This document shows positions 10,602 to 20,225 of a stretch of DNA of 64,000 nt, piece after piece (the first letter of the stretch is position 1; every line of letters starts with the position of its first letter). Source of the DNA: Vulcanimicrobiota bacterium. Lineage in GTDB: Bacteria > Vulcanimicrobiota > Vulcanimicrobiia > Vulcanimicrobiales > Vulcanimicrobiaceae. The notes under the pieces were generated by a model. The model was not told the origin of the DNA and did not search any database. It saw nothing but the letters and a program-made list of their open reading frames with translations. Both the position numbers and the translations under genes were made by a program. The DNA lies in assembly GCA_963786105.1 (NCBI GenBank), contig CAWAXX010000002.1, positions 21,699 through 85,698 of the forward strand, in the 5' to 3' direction.

Positions 10602-10606
10602 CTTCG

Positions 10607-11599
10607 ATGAACGGCCCCGAATTTTTCGAGCGCGTCGCCGAGCTGGAACGCGCACGCGAAATTTTCGCGATCGCTACCGTCGTCGCGCGCCAAGCACCGG
10701 TGAGTTCTCACGTCGGCGATCGCGCGATCGTTTTAGGCGACGGACGAATGCAGGGCTTCGTCGGCGGTTCGTGCTCGCGCGACATCGTCCGGCGGCAAGC
10801 CGTCTCCGCGATGCGCACCGGCGACCCGCGCCTGGTGCAGATCCGCCCCGGCGCGCCGCCCGATGCCGACGAGAACTCCGAGCGAGGAACGGTCGTCGTT
10901 CTGATGAGTTGCGCGTCCGAAGGTGCCGTCGACGTATTCGTCGAGCCGCATCTTCCGGCGCGAACGCTGTTGATCGCCGGATTCACGCCGGTGGCCGACG
11001 CACTCGCGGGTTTAGGCGCGTTGCTCGACGGCTATCGCGTCATCCGCGTCGTCGCCGAGAACGATCCGCGGGGAGAACGCGCCATCTCGCTTCGCGAGCT
11101 GCCCGATTTTCTCGCTGGACTCGATTCCACCGACCGCACGGCGCTGGTCGCGGTGGTCGCGTCGCAGGGGCATTACGACGAAGCGGTTCTCCAAGCGTTG
11201 CTCGACGGTGCGTTGCCGGCGTACGTTGGGCTGCTCGCCAGCCGCAGACGCGCGGCCGAGGTGTTCGGCATCCTCGAACGGCAAGGCGTTTCGCGCGAGC
11301 TCATCGCGTTCGTGCGCAACCCCGCCGGACTCGATATCGGTGCGCGCCGTCCCGGCGACGTCGCCGTGTCGATTCTCGCGGAGATCGTCGTAACCGTCGC
11401 TGCGAGTGAAACGCGGCCGGTGAAAGCCGAGGAACTCGCCGAGTTAGCGGTGGACCCGGTCTGCGGTATGGACGTCGATCCGCGCGAAGCGGCACATTCT
11501 CTCGAAGGCGAAGGTAGTCACTGGTATTTTTGCTCCGCGCATTGCCGCGCTGAGTTCGCGGCCGACCCGCAGCGCTACGCGCAGCCGGTGCACGCATGA
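10607..11599 (+). CDS. XdhC/CoxF-family maturation protein with C-terminal YHS domain
   Basis: GFVGGSC, CASEG, YVGLLASRRR and PAGLDIGA XdhC motifs; C-terminal DPVCGMDV...YFCSAHC. Confidence 0.85.
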   Translation: MNGPEFFERVAELERAREIFAIATVVARQAPVSSHVGDRAIVLGDGRMQGFVGGSCSRDIVRRQAVSAMRTGDPRLVQIRPGAPPDADENSERGTVVVLMSCASEGAVDVFVEPHLPARTLLIAGFTPVADALAGLGALLDGYRVIRVVAENDPRGERAISLRELPDFLAGLDSTDRTALVAVVASQGHYDEAVLQALLDGALPAYVGLLASRRRAAEVFGILERQGVSRELIAFVRNPAGLDIGARRPGDVAVSILAEIVVTVAASETRPVKAEELAELAVDPVCGMDVDPREAAHSLEGEGSHWYFCSAHCRAEFAADPQRYAQPVHA

Positions 11600-12534
11600 A
11601 CGCCGCCCAAATTCGCGAGCGCTTTTCCGGCAGCGGCTACGTCGCGGACGAGGATTTCGCGACGTCGGTCGAACTGATGCTCGCGCTGCAAAAGCCGTTG
11701 CTTATCGAGGGACCGGCGGGCGTCGGCAAAACGGAAAGCGCGAAGGTACTCGCCGACGTGCTCGAGACCAAACTCATCCGCTTGCAGTGCTACGAAGGCC
11801 TCGACACCGCCAATGCGCTGTATGAGTGGAACTATCCTAAGCAGCTCTTGCACATCCGGTTGACCGAGAACCAGAACGCCTCGCTCGAGGACCGCGAGGC
11901 GCAGATCTTCAGCGCGCCGTTCTTGCTCGCGCGCCCGCTGCTCGAAGCAATCCTTCAAGAACGCGCGCCGGTGCTGTTGATCGACGAGATCGATCGCGCC
12001 GACGAGGCGTTCGAAGCGTTTTTGCTCGAGCTCCTTGGCGAGTTCCAGGTAACGATTCCCGAGATCGGCACCATGCGCGCGAAAACGCGGCCGGCGGTCA
12101 TCGTCACCTCGAACCGCACGCGCGACCTTTCCGACGCCTTGCGCCGCCGCTGCCTGTACCTGTGGATCGACTATCCGTCACTCGAACGGGAGATCGCCAT
12201 TCTGCACGCGCGCTTGCCCGGTATCAACGAACGGCTGGCGCAGCAGATCGCGCGGTTCATGGAGTTCCTGCGCGCGCAGCCGTTTCAACGGGTGCCGGGA
12301 ACGGCCGAGAGCTTGGACTGGGCGCTCGCACTCGTGCGCCTGCACCGCGAAGCGCTCGACGAGCGAACCCTCGAAGAAACGACCGGCTGCATTCTCAAAG
12401 TGCAAGAGGATTGGGAGCTGCTGCGCGCATTGCGTCCGCAGTACGAACCGCTGCTGACGCACGATCCGCACGAACGCGCGCCGGCGCAAGCGCCGGAGGC
12501 CGACTACGGTCTCGGCACGGTTCGAGTGAGGTAG
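11596..12534 (+). CDS. coxD: CoxD MoxR-family AAA+ ATPase
   Basis: EGPAGVGKT, RLQCYEGLD, YEWNYPKQ, LLIDEIDRAD and DALRRRC. Confidence 0.9.
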   Translation: MNAAQIRERFSGSGYVADEDFATSVELMLALQKPLLIEGPAGVGKTESAKVLADVLETKLIRLQCYEGLDTANALYEWNYPKQLLHIRLTENQNASLEDREAQIFSAPFLLARPLLEAILQERAPVLLIDEIDRADEAFEAFLLELLGEFQVTIPEIGTMRAKTRPAVIVTSNRTRDLSDALRRRCLYLWIDYPSLEREIAILHARLPGINERLAQQIARFMEFLRAQPFQRVPGTAESLDWALALVRLHREALDERTLEETTGCILKVQEDWELLRALRPQYEPLLTHDPHERAPAQAPEADYGLGTVRVR

Positions 12535-13706
12535 TGGTGCACGACGACCTGGCGTCGAACGTCGTCAAGTTTTGCTCGCGCTTACGTAGCGAGCACGGTT
12601 TCATCGTCGGTCCGCGCGAAACCCGCGAAGCCGTGCGAGCGCTCGAAACGGTCGGGGTACGCGAACGCGCGCGAGTCGCGGCCGCGCTGCGCTCGGTCTG
12701 CTGCAGCCGGGCCGAAGAGATCGAGCTCTTCGATCGAGCCTTCGATGCGTATTTTTCGAGCGAAGCGCAGGGCGTGCCCCAGCCGGCACACGCGCAACGG
12801 CAAACGCGTCCGTCAAGCAGCCGGCGTCGCGAAGAACGCGAGGGCGTCGACGCGTCACGTCCGCGGCGGCGGCCGCCGCAAGACGATCTCGACGATGGCG
12901 GCGCACTCCGCACCACCGCGCACCCCGAGGGCGAGAGTCTCGCCGAAAGCTGGCGCGTCATGCAGGCGCGGTACAGTCCCGATCCAGGCGTCGTTCCCGA
13001 GCCCCCTTCGATACCGACCGAGGGACTCGACGCCGCGTTTGCCGAGGCGAACCGATTGGTGCGACGCCTGCACCTCGGGCGTTCGCTGCGCTGGAAGCCG
13101 CAGCCGCGCGGCGCGCGCTTCGACCTGCGGCGCACGCTGCGAGCGAGCTTGCGAACTGGCGGCGACGTCGTCGCGACGCGCATGCTCGGCCACCCGTTGC
13201 GCAATCCACGCTTCGTGGTGCTGCTCGACGGCAGCCGTTCGATGAGCGACCATGCCGGCCGGATGCTGCAGTTCGCGCACGCGCTGTGCCGGCGCACGCG
13301 ACGCGCGAGCGTTTTCGTGTTCAGCACGCAACTGCAGGACGTGACGCCCGAGCTGCGCGCGGCCGGCCGTAACGGATCGTATCGGCTGCTCGCCGAGCTC
13401 GGCGAGGCATGGGGCGGCGGAACGCGTATCGGTGCGAGCTTGAGCGAGTTCGTGCGCCGGTACGCTGCGCGACTGAGCGATCAGACGTTCGTGATCGTAA
13501 TTAGCGATGGGTTGGACGTCGGCGACGTAGCGCCGCTGAAACGGGCGATGCACGAGATTGCGCGGCGTTCCGCATCGATTGCGTGGGTGAATCCGCACGC
13601 CGGCGAGCCGGGCTACGCGCCGACCGCCGGCGGCATGCAGGCGGCGCTGCCGTACGTGACGACCCTCTCATCGCTCGAAGACATGTCGGCGATCCTCCAT
13701 GCGTGA
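12534..13706 (+). CDS. coxE: CoxE VWA-domain protein
   Basis: DLRRTLR, LLDGSRSM MIDAS motif, WGGGTRIG, ISDGLD and WVNP; in-frame GTG start overlapping the coxD stop. Confidence 0.88.
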   Translation: MVHDDLASNVVKFCSRLRSEHGFIVGPRETREAVRALETVGVRERARVAAALRSVCCSRAEEIELFDRAFDAYFSSEAQGVPQPAHAQRQTRPSSSRRREEREGVDASRPRRRPPQDDLDDGGALRTTAHPEGESLAESWRVMQARYSPDPGVVPEPPSIPTEGLDAAFAEANRLVRRLHLGRSLRWKPQPRGARFDLRRTLRASLRTGGDVVATRMLGHPLRNPRFVVLLDGSRSMSDHAGRMLQFAHALCRRTRRASVFVFSTQLQDVTPELRAAGRNGSYRLLAELGEAWGGGTRIGASLSEFVRRYAARLSDQTFVIVISDGLDVGDVAPLKRAMHEIARRSASIAWVNPHAGEPGYAPTAGGMQAALPYVTTLSSLEDMSAILHA

Positions 13707-14649
13707 CGTCTTCGGGGTGGCTGCGGATTGGCTCGACGAAGGCCGCGAGTTCGCGCTGGCGACGCTGGTGGCGCTGCGCGAAGCGGCGACCGCTCCGGTC
13801 GGAACGACCATCGCGGTCGACGTGCGCGGCCGCGTCTTCGGTAACATCGGCGCGGGGTGCTACGAAAGCGAGATCGTCGAAGCGTGCTTAAAGACGGCGG
13901 TCGACGGCGCGACCCGGCGGCTCGATATCAATCTCACCAGCGACGACGAGTTGATGGGCGGAAGCCCGTGCGGTGCGGTTATGCAGGTCGTCGCGTGGCG
14001 GCCGGCGCCGGCGTTTCGCGACGACGCTCGCGCCATCGCCGCCGGCGAGCGCCGAGCGCGCTTGACCATCGAGTATGACGAAGCCGACGGGAGCAGCGTT
14101 GCGTTCGAGCACGTTTTTGCACCGAAGGAAACGCTGATACTCGTCGGCGCGACGACGCTGGCCGCCGAGCTGGCAACGATGGGACGGCGTCTCGATTTCA
14201 ACGTCGTCGTGGTAGATCCCCGACCCGCGTTCGCGACGCACGAGCGCGTACCGCACGCGCATAGCATCGTGCGCGAGTGGCCCGAAGACTATCTACCCGG
14301 CGTGCTCTCCGAGCACACGCCGATCGTGATGATCTCGCACGATCCGAAGTTCGATCTGCCCGCGCTGGTCTGCGCGTTGAACTCGCGCGCCCCGTACGTC
14401 GGTCTTTTAGGAAGCCGGCGCCTGCAGGAAGCGCGCCGAGCATCGCTGCGCGAAAGCGGCTTCGACGATTCTGCGCTGGAGCGCATTCATGGTCCGGCCG
14501 GTCTCGACATTGGCGGCAGCACCGTCGGCGAGACGGCGCTTTCAATCCTCGCCGAGATCGTCGCCAGCCGTCACGGCCGCGAGGGCGCGCCGCTGCGGTC
14601 GGCGCGCGGCTCGATTCATCACGGCCTCGCGCGCGTCTCCCGAACGTGA
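13699..14649 (+). CDS. XdhC/CoxI-family molybdoenzyme maturation protein
   Basis: GAGCYE, SHDPKFDLP, YVGLLGSR and HGPAGLDIG. Confidence 0.85.
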   Translation: MRDVFGVAADWLDEGREFALATLVALREAATAPVGTTIAVDVRGRVFGNIGAGCYESEIVEACLKTAVDGATRRLDINLTSDDELMGGSPCGAVMQVVAWRPAPAFRDDARAIAAGERRARLTIEYDEADGSSVAFEHVFAPKETLILVGATTLAAELATMGRRLDFNVVVVDPRPAFATHERVPHAHSIVREWPEDYLPGVLSEHTPIVMISHDPKFDLPALVCALNSRAPYVGLLGSRRLQEARRASLRESGFDDSALERIHGPAGLDIGGSTVGETALSILAEIVASRHGREGAPLRSARGSIHHGLARVSRT

Positions 14650-15221
14650 GCGACGGCAGCGTCAGGGCGGTTATTCTTGCGGCCGGCACCTCCTCGCGCG
14701 TCGGCCGGCAGAAACTCCTAATGGAGTTCCGCGGGCGCCCGCTGATCGAGCATGCCGTTGCGGCGGCGCAATCTTGGAGTCCGGTTGTGGTGGCCGGTCG
14801 CGAAGTCGTCGAATACCTCGCGGGCCGCAGCGATATCGAGTTGGTGCGAAACGATCAACCGGAGCTCGGCATGTCGCATTCGCTGCGGCTGGCGAGCGGC
14901 GCCTTGCCGGCTCACACCGCGATGATCGTGTTGCTCGGCGATAAGCCGTTCGTCAGCCGGAGCTTGATCGAAACGATGTGCGCCGCAGCCGGAAACGCCG
15001 ACGTCGCGTATCCGCTGCGAGGCGAAGAGTCCGGCCATCCGGTATGGATTTCGTCGCACGCGCGCGAGTATATCGGCGATCTCCCGCCCGGCGACACGCT
15101 GCGACTCCTGCGCGCCCATCCCGATCTTATGCAGGTTGCGATCGAAACGGCCGACCCGGGCGCGTTCTTCGACGTGGACACCATCGAACAGCTGCGTCAA
15201 CGTGACCGGAGCGAAATGTGA
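14646..15221 (+). CDS. mocA: Molybdenum cofactor cytidylyltransferase
   Basis: ILAAGTSSR.G.QKLL, GMSHSL, LGDKP, GHPV and DVDT; GTG overlaps the upstream stop; CODH uses the MCD cofactor. Confidence 0.8.
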   Translation: MSDGSVRAVILAAGTSSRVGRQKLLMEFRGRPLIEHAVAAAQSWSPVVVAGREVVEYLAGRSDIELVRNDQPELGMSHSLRLASGALPAHTAMIVLLGDKPFVSRSLIETMCAAAGNADVAYPLRGEESGHPVWISSHAREYIGDLPPGDTLRLLRAHPDLMQVAIETADPGAFFDVDTIEQLRQRDRSEM

Positions 15222-15222
15222 G

Positions 15223-15269
15223 CCGTGTCATTCTGAGCGGAGGCGCGAAGCGCCGTAGTCGAAGGACGG
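15223..15269. repeat. REP-like small palindromic element
   Basis: CCGT-GTCATTCTGAGCGGA-GGCGC-GAA-GCGCC-GTAGTCGAAGG-ACGG. It has an internal hairpin and resembles GTCAT(T/C)CTGAGC...GTCGAAGG intergenic repeats. Single copy in this window. Confidence 0.55.
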
Positions 15270-15273
15270 TCGT

Positions 15274-16245
15274 GTGAACGCAGCCGTCGTTACCGAAGGC
15301 GCTCGGGCGCCACGATGGACCGACTTCGTCGATCCCGTTGCTGCGACGGACGAGTCGCTGGTTTCGGTAACGGCGTCGGCGTTGAGTCCGCTTACGCGAG
15401 CGCGGGCATCGGGCCAGCATTACAGCGCCACCAAAGCTGACGCGTTCGTTGCGGGGGCCGACGGCGTCGGACGTTTGCAAGATGGGCGCCGCGTATACTT
15501 CGCATTCGTGCGGTCGCCGTTCGGCGCAATGGCGCAGCTCGCGCCGGCGCACCGCGACCTCACCGCTCCCGTTCCCGACGACCTCGACGACGTGACGGCG
15601 GCGGCAATCGCCAATCCGGCGATGTCGTCGTGGACGGCGCTGCTCGATCGCGCGAAACTTCAACGCGGCGAGTCGGTGCTGATCAACGGCGCGACCGGGG
15701 CGGCGGGCCGGCTCGCCGTTCAGATCGCTAAGCATCTCGGCGCCAAGACCGTGATCGCCACCGGCCGTGACGCCGGCTCACTCGAACGCGCCGCTGCGCT
15801 CGGCGCCGATCGAACGATTTCGCTCACGATGCCCGAGGATCGACTGCTCGATACGCTGTACGAGGCCATGATCGACTGCGAAGTTACGATCGTGCTGGAT
15901 TATCTGTGGGGCGTTTCCGCTCAACATCTGCTCACGGCAATCGCACGAAACCAGAGCGGGCCGGCCGCCCCGCGCATTCGCTTCGTTCAACTCGGCGCGG
16001 TCTCCGGGCCCGTCATCCCACTCGATGCCAGCGTGCTGCGAAGCTCGGGCGTGGAATTACTGGGCAGCGGTCTTCACAGCGTATCGCTCGCGCGTCTGGT
16101 CGGCCGAATCGGTGAGGCGCTCGCAGCCGCCGCGCCGGCGAAGTTCGAAGTCGACACGACGACCCAACCGATGGACGCCGTCGAGACGCATTGGAACGAC
16201 GACACCGGCGGCCGGCGACTCGTCTTTTTGCGCACGCCGAACTAG
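15274..16245 (+). CDS. MDR-family (quinone) oxidoreductase
   Basis: GADGVG, AAAIANPAMSSW, VLINGATGAAG and VLDYLWG. Confidence 0.85.
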   Translation: MNAAVVTEGARAPRWTDFVDPVAATDESLVSVTASALSPLTRARASGQHYSATKADAFVAGADGVGRLQDGRRVYFAFVRSPFGAMAQLAPAHRDLTAPVPDDLDDVTAAAIANPAMSSWTALLDRAKLQRGESVLINGATGAAGRLAVQIAKHLGAKTVIATGRDAGSLERAAALGADRTISLTMPEDRLLDTLYEAMIDCEVTIVLDYLWGVSAQHLLTAIARNQSGPAAPRIRFVQLGAVSGPVIPLDASVLRSSGVELLGSGLHSVSLARLVGRIGEALAAAAPAKFEVDTTTQPMDAVETHWNDDTGGRRLVFLRTPN

Positions 16246-16333
16246 TATTTTAGCGCGTGGATCGAAGGGCGACGCCACGATCTTTGGCGCCGACGGCTGG
16301 GTCCTTGAAGAGTAGCACCGAATCACTTCTGGC

Positions 16334-17557
16334 ATGCGTGGCACTATCGCGGCCTCCGCGATTCTACTGGCGGCCGGCTTCGTTGTTTTCGGCCATCTGT
16401 TCACACGAGCCGCAGCCGCGGGCTGCCGCGCGGGCGTCGCTCGTTACGACGTTGCCCTGCCGGGGCATCCTTTTCGAGCGGTTCCTTCGGCCGATGGCCG
16501 CTATGCGTTCGTTTCGGTCAGCAGTTCCAACCCTCGCAGCCCAAACGGCATAGCGGTGCTGCGATGCGAAAGCGGTGTGTATCGATTCTCGCACCTGGTT
16601 TCGCTGGAAGCGCAACCGAGCGGAATGGCGATCACGCACGACGGGACGCTTCTCGTCGTCGCCGATGACGGGTTCGTTGCATTCGTCGAAACGAGGGCCG
16701 CCATTGTCGGAAAACACGCGATCGCCGGATACATTCAAGATCTCCAGGGCGACCCGGAAGACAATGATCCGGGGTCGGTCTACGTTAACGTTAGCCCCGA
16801 CGACCGGTTTGCCTACGTCAGCGACGAACAAAACGACACGATTACCGTAATCGATCTCGCAAAGGCCCGACGCCAGGGATTCGCGCGTTCGTCGATCGTC
16901 GGCGCGATACCGGTCGGCAACGCGCCCATCGCGCTATCCTTTTCGCGCGATTCCCGCTATTTGTTTACGACCAGCGAGGTTGCTTTGCGGACCTACGGTT
17001 GGCCGAAGTCATGCCGGCAGGAAGGCGCGCCCGCTTCGAGCGAGCTCAGCATTCCGCCAGGAGCGATCATCACGATCGACACGGCGAAGGCGCAAACCGA
17101 TCCGGCGTCGTCGGTCGTCGCGAAGATCGCGGCAGACTGCAGCCCCGTCCGCATGAGCCTTTCCCCGGACGGATCGACCGCGTGGGTAACCAATCGGGGT
17201 TCCAACACCCTGACGGCGTTTTCTACGAAGGGTCTGATTGCCGGCGACTCCGACGCGCGGGTCGCGACCATCGAAGTCGGTTCGAATCCGGTCGCCGTGT
17301 GGGCAAGTGGCGACGGCAAATACGTTCTCGTCGGGAATACGAATCGCTTCGGAGAGGGTGGCACGACGTCGGGAACCGTCTCGATCGTGGACGCCGCGAA
17401 AAAGTCCGTCGTGGCAACGATCGCCGTCGGGGAGTTTCCTCGAGACTTTTCACCGGGGTTTGGAACGACGCTCTTTCTCTCGAACTACCGCTCCAATTCG
17501 TTAACGGTGTTCGACGAACCCCGACTCGATCGGCTGGTTACGGCTTCAACGCACTGA
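16334..17557 (+). CDS. Secreted YncE/YVTN-type beta-propeller protein
   Basis: N-terminal signal peptide; repeated (S/T)PDG-x-x-A(Y/W)V and IxVG-x-x-P blade motifs. Confidence 0.75.
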   Translation: MRGTIAASAILLAAGFVVFGHLFTRAAAAGCRAGVARYDVALPGHPFRAVPSADGRYAFVSVSSSNPRSPNGIAVLRCESGVYRFSHLVSLEAQPSGMAITHDGTLLVVADDGFVAFVETRAAIVGKHAIAGYIQDLQGDPEDNDPGSVYVNVSPDDRFAYVSDEQNDTITVIDLAKARRQGFARSSIVGAIPVGNAPIALSFSRDSRYLFTTSEVALRTYGWPKSCRQEGAPASSELSIPPGAIITIDTAKAQTDPASSVVAKIAADCSPVRMSLSPDGSTAWVTNRGSNTLTAFSTKGLIAGDSDARVATIEVGSNPVAVWASGDGKYVLVGNTNRFGEGGTTSGTVSIVDAAKKSVVATIAVGEFPRDFSPGFGTTLFLSNYRSNSLTVFDEPRLDRLVTASTH

Positions 17558-18943
17558 CGTAGCCGGCGCGCGTTCGCGCGGTTCGCGATAGTAGTCGCTG
17601 GCATAGCGGTGGCGATAGTAGAGCATCGGGATGACTCCAACGAGCAGCAGGCCGAACACCGTCGCGTTCGCGCGCATACCAGCGGATAACACCTGGCCGA
17701 TCGCCACCCCGAAAACGAAAAGCGCCGACAGAAGCGGCCAGCCACGTCGCAGCCAGAATAGCGGGAGATCGCTGCGATCGGCCGCCGCATAGTACGACGC
17801 GCACGCTATTGCGGAGAGGCCGTAGAAGATCGCCACTAACACGCCGATGGCGTTGATCGAGTCGCTCAAGATGACGTTGACGCTCGAACTCGTCGCCGCT
17901 AGCGCGAACAAGGCCATCGACACTATTCCGATTGCGATCGTCGCGTGCCATGGCGTGAGAAAGCGCGCGTTAAGCCGGCCGAAGCCTTGGTCGAGCACGC
18001 GGTCGCGCCCCATCGAATAGACGATGCGGCTTCCCGAGACCAGCGTCGTTTCGAGCGATCCGATCGCGCTGACGACCACGACGATGACGGCAACGTCGCT
18101 CCACGGACGCGGCAGCGCAGCATTGGCGAGTGCAACCAACAAATCCGAACCAGAATCGACGATCGCCCGTTCGGACATCAAGACCTGCACGCCGAATGCC
18201 GTCGTCAGAAACAACGTGAGGATGATTCCCATTCCGAGCAAGCCCGACAGCCCCGGCGCGCGCCGGCGATCGACGGTTTCCTCGGAAAGATTGGCCGAGA
18301 CTTCCCAGCCCCAGTAGAAAAACATGGTGACCAATGCACCGGCGATGAAGCTGTGGACGCCGTTGTTTCCAACCGGCGACCACCAGGACCAACTCGGGTG
18401 ATTTGCCGGATGCCCCAGGCCTTTGACGATGGCGGCGATTCCGAAGAGCAGAAGCCCGCCGATTTGGAAGACGGTTACGCCTCGCTGAAAGCGCGCCGTC
18501 GTTTTGACGCCGAGCATGACCATGCCGACGACGACCAAGAACCAGCCAAATCCAATGCTCGTGACGAGCAGCACGTTGTGCGTCAGTTTCGGCGCAATCA
18601 TATCCAGTGTCGCGTCGGCAATCGGCAGCGACCCGACCACCATGAAAAGTACTTGCGCGACCAGCATCGCCCAGCCGGCAAAGAATCCGAGAACGGGGTT
18701 CATGGCGCGACCGACCCAGGTGTAGGCGGCGCCGGCATCCGAACGCCAGCTATTGAGATAGAAGTACGCGAGCGCAATTCCAAACATCGGGATGGCGCCG
18801 AAAAACAATGCTCCGGGTCCCGACAAGCCGACGGCGGCGATCAGGGTGGCAGTGCTGGTTGCAATCGTGTTGGCCGGCGCCGTGCCGGCAATCGAAATCA
18901 GCGTTGAGTCCCACGCCGAGATGGCATTCTTGCGCAACTGCAT
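17546..18943 (-). CDS. APC-family amino acid/polyamine permease
   Basis: About 12 TM segments; GTAPA, AGAAYTWV, YWGWE..ANLSEET; ATG at 18943 overlaps the upstream TGA. Confidence 0.85.
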   Translation of the reverse strand: MQLRKNAISAWDSTLISIAGTAPANTIATSTATLIAAVGLSGPGALFFGAIPMFGIALAYFYLNSWRSDAGAAYTWVGRAMNPVLGFFAGWAMLVAQVLFMVVGSLPIADATLDMIAPKLTHNVLLVTSIGFGWFLVVVGMVMLGVKTTARFQRGVTVFQIGGLLLFGIAAIVKGLGHPANHPSWSWWSPVGNNGVHSFIAGALVTMFFYWGWEVSANLSEETVDRRRAPGLSGLLGMGIILTLFLTTAFGVQVLMSERAIVDSGSDLLVALANAALPRPWSDVAVIVVVVSAIGSLETTLVSGSRIVYSMGRDRVLDQGFGRLNARFLTPWHATIAIGIVSMALFALAATSSSVNVILSDSINAIGVLVAIFYGLSAIACASYYAAADRSDLPLFWLRRGWPLLSALFVFGVAIGQVLSAGMRANATVFGLLLVGVIPMLYYRHRYASDYYREPRERAPATSVR

Positions 18944-20220
18944 CAGTTCACCGCATCCAGCAGCCGCTGCCACGCACCCACGATCGGCAAGAACCACGGG
19001 CGGCCGTCATAAAGTCGCAACGGCGCCGCCGGAGCCGCGCTTGCAAGCGGATGTTTTACCGTGCCATCGACGATGGCATCGGCTGCGAGAATTCCCATCA
19101 GCGTCGCCAACGCAATACCATGTCCGGCGTAGCCCAACGCGTAGTGCATGCCGTCGATGGTACCGACGTGGGGCATGACGTCGAAGGTGACGTCCAGGGT
19201 TCCGCCCCACGCGTACTCGATTTTCGCGCTGCGCAATTGCGGAAAAATCGCAATCATATCGGCTTGCAGCGTCTTGGCGCTGCTCGACGTCGTGCGCGCA
19301 CTCTCCGGGAGAAACGCCGCACGTCCGCCGAAAAGCATGCGCCGGTCCGGCGTGAGCCGGAAATAGTGCAGCAGACGTTTCGAATCGTAGACCATGCGAT
19401 TTCGCGGAACCAAGGTTGCCGCCAGATCGGCCGGCAGCCGTTCGGTGGCGATGACGTACGAACCCACCGGAACGAAGCGCCGGCGCAGCGTGCCGAAAAC
19501 CGTTCCGGTGTACGCCCCGGTCGCGACGAGGATCGCGTTCGCGCGAAGCTCGCCCCGTGGCGAATGCAACCACCACTTGTTCCCGGTCGACGTAACGCTT
19601 TCGAGCGGCGCACGTTCGCACACGGCGGCGCCGGCTCGGCGCGCGGCCGCCGCCAAACCTGCGGCGTAGCGTGCGGGATCGAGCCCACCGCTTCGCTCGT
19701 CGACCAATCCGCCGTAGAACGACGTGGATCCGATCTCTTCAGCGAGTTGGTCGCGCCCTACCACCCGGACGCGATGATCGAAGTGCTGCCGGAGCAACTC
19801 CGCGATGTTTGCAAACGCCGTAACGTGCGAAGGCTTGCTCGCCACTTCAAGATGTCCGCATCGTTCGAAGGCGCACTCGATGCCCTCGGCGGCGATCACG
19901 GCCTCGGTGAAGTCGATCGCTCGAAGGGAAGCGTCGAACAGCGCGCGCGCGGTCTGCACGCCGTAGCGGCGAACCAAAACGTCGGGGGCGAGCTTCAATC
20001 CGGTAAGCACCATGCCGCCGTTGCGCGAGCTGGCGCCAAAGCCGACCGTCGCAGTCTCCAGCACCGCAACCGAGGCACCCCGTTTGCGCAGGGCCAGCGC
20101 GGCGGATAGTCCCGTAAACCCCGCGCCGACGATGGCGACGTCCGCATCTGCAGGGAGCGCCGTCAACTCTCTCGCCTCGGGCGCGGCAAACGGAGCCGTC
20201 CACAGCGGAGCTTCGGTCAT
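18943..20220 (-). CDS. FAD-dependent oxidoreductase (PuuB/DadA-like amine oxidase)
   Basis: DVAIVGAGFTGLSAA, GASSRNGG, HYFRLTPD.RMLFGG, YAWGG and GYAGHG. Confidence 0.85.
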   Translation of the reverse strand: MTEAPLWTAPFAAPEARELTALPADADVAIVGAGFTGLSAALALRKRGASVAVLETATVGFGASSRNGGMVLTGLKLAPDVLVRRYGVQTARALFDASLRAIDFTEAVIAAEGIECAFERCGHLEVASKPSHVTAFANIAELLRQHFDHRVRVVGRDQLAEEIGSTSFYGGLVDERSGGLDPARYAAGLAAAARRAGAAVCERAPLESVTSTGNKWWLHSPRGELRANAILVATGAYTGTVFGTLRRRFVPVGSYVIATERLPADLAATLVPRNRMVYDSKRLLHYFRLTPDRRMLFGGRAAFLPESARTTSSSAKTLQADMIAIFPQLRSAKIEYAWGGTLDVTFDVMPHVGTIDGMHYALGYAGHGIALATLMGILAADAIVDGTVKHPLASAAPAAPLRLYDGRPWFLPIVGAWQRLLDAVN

Positions 20221-20225
20221 GTCGC

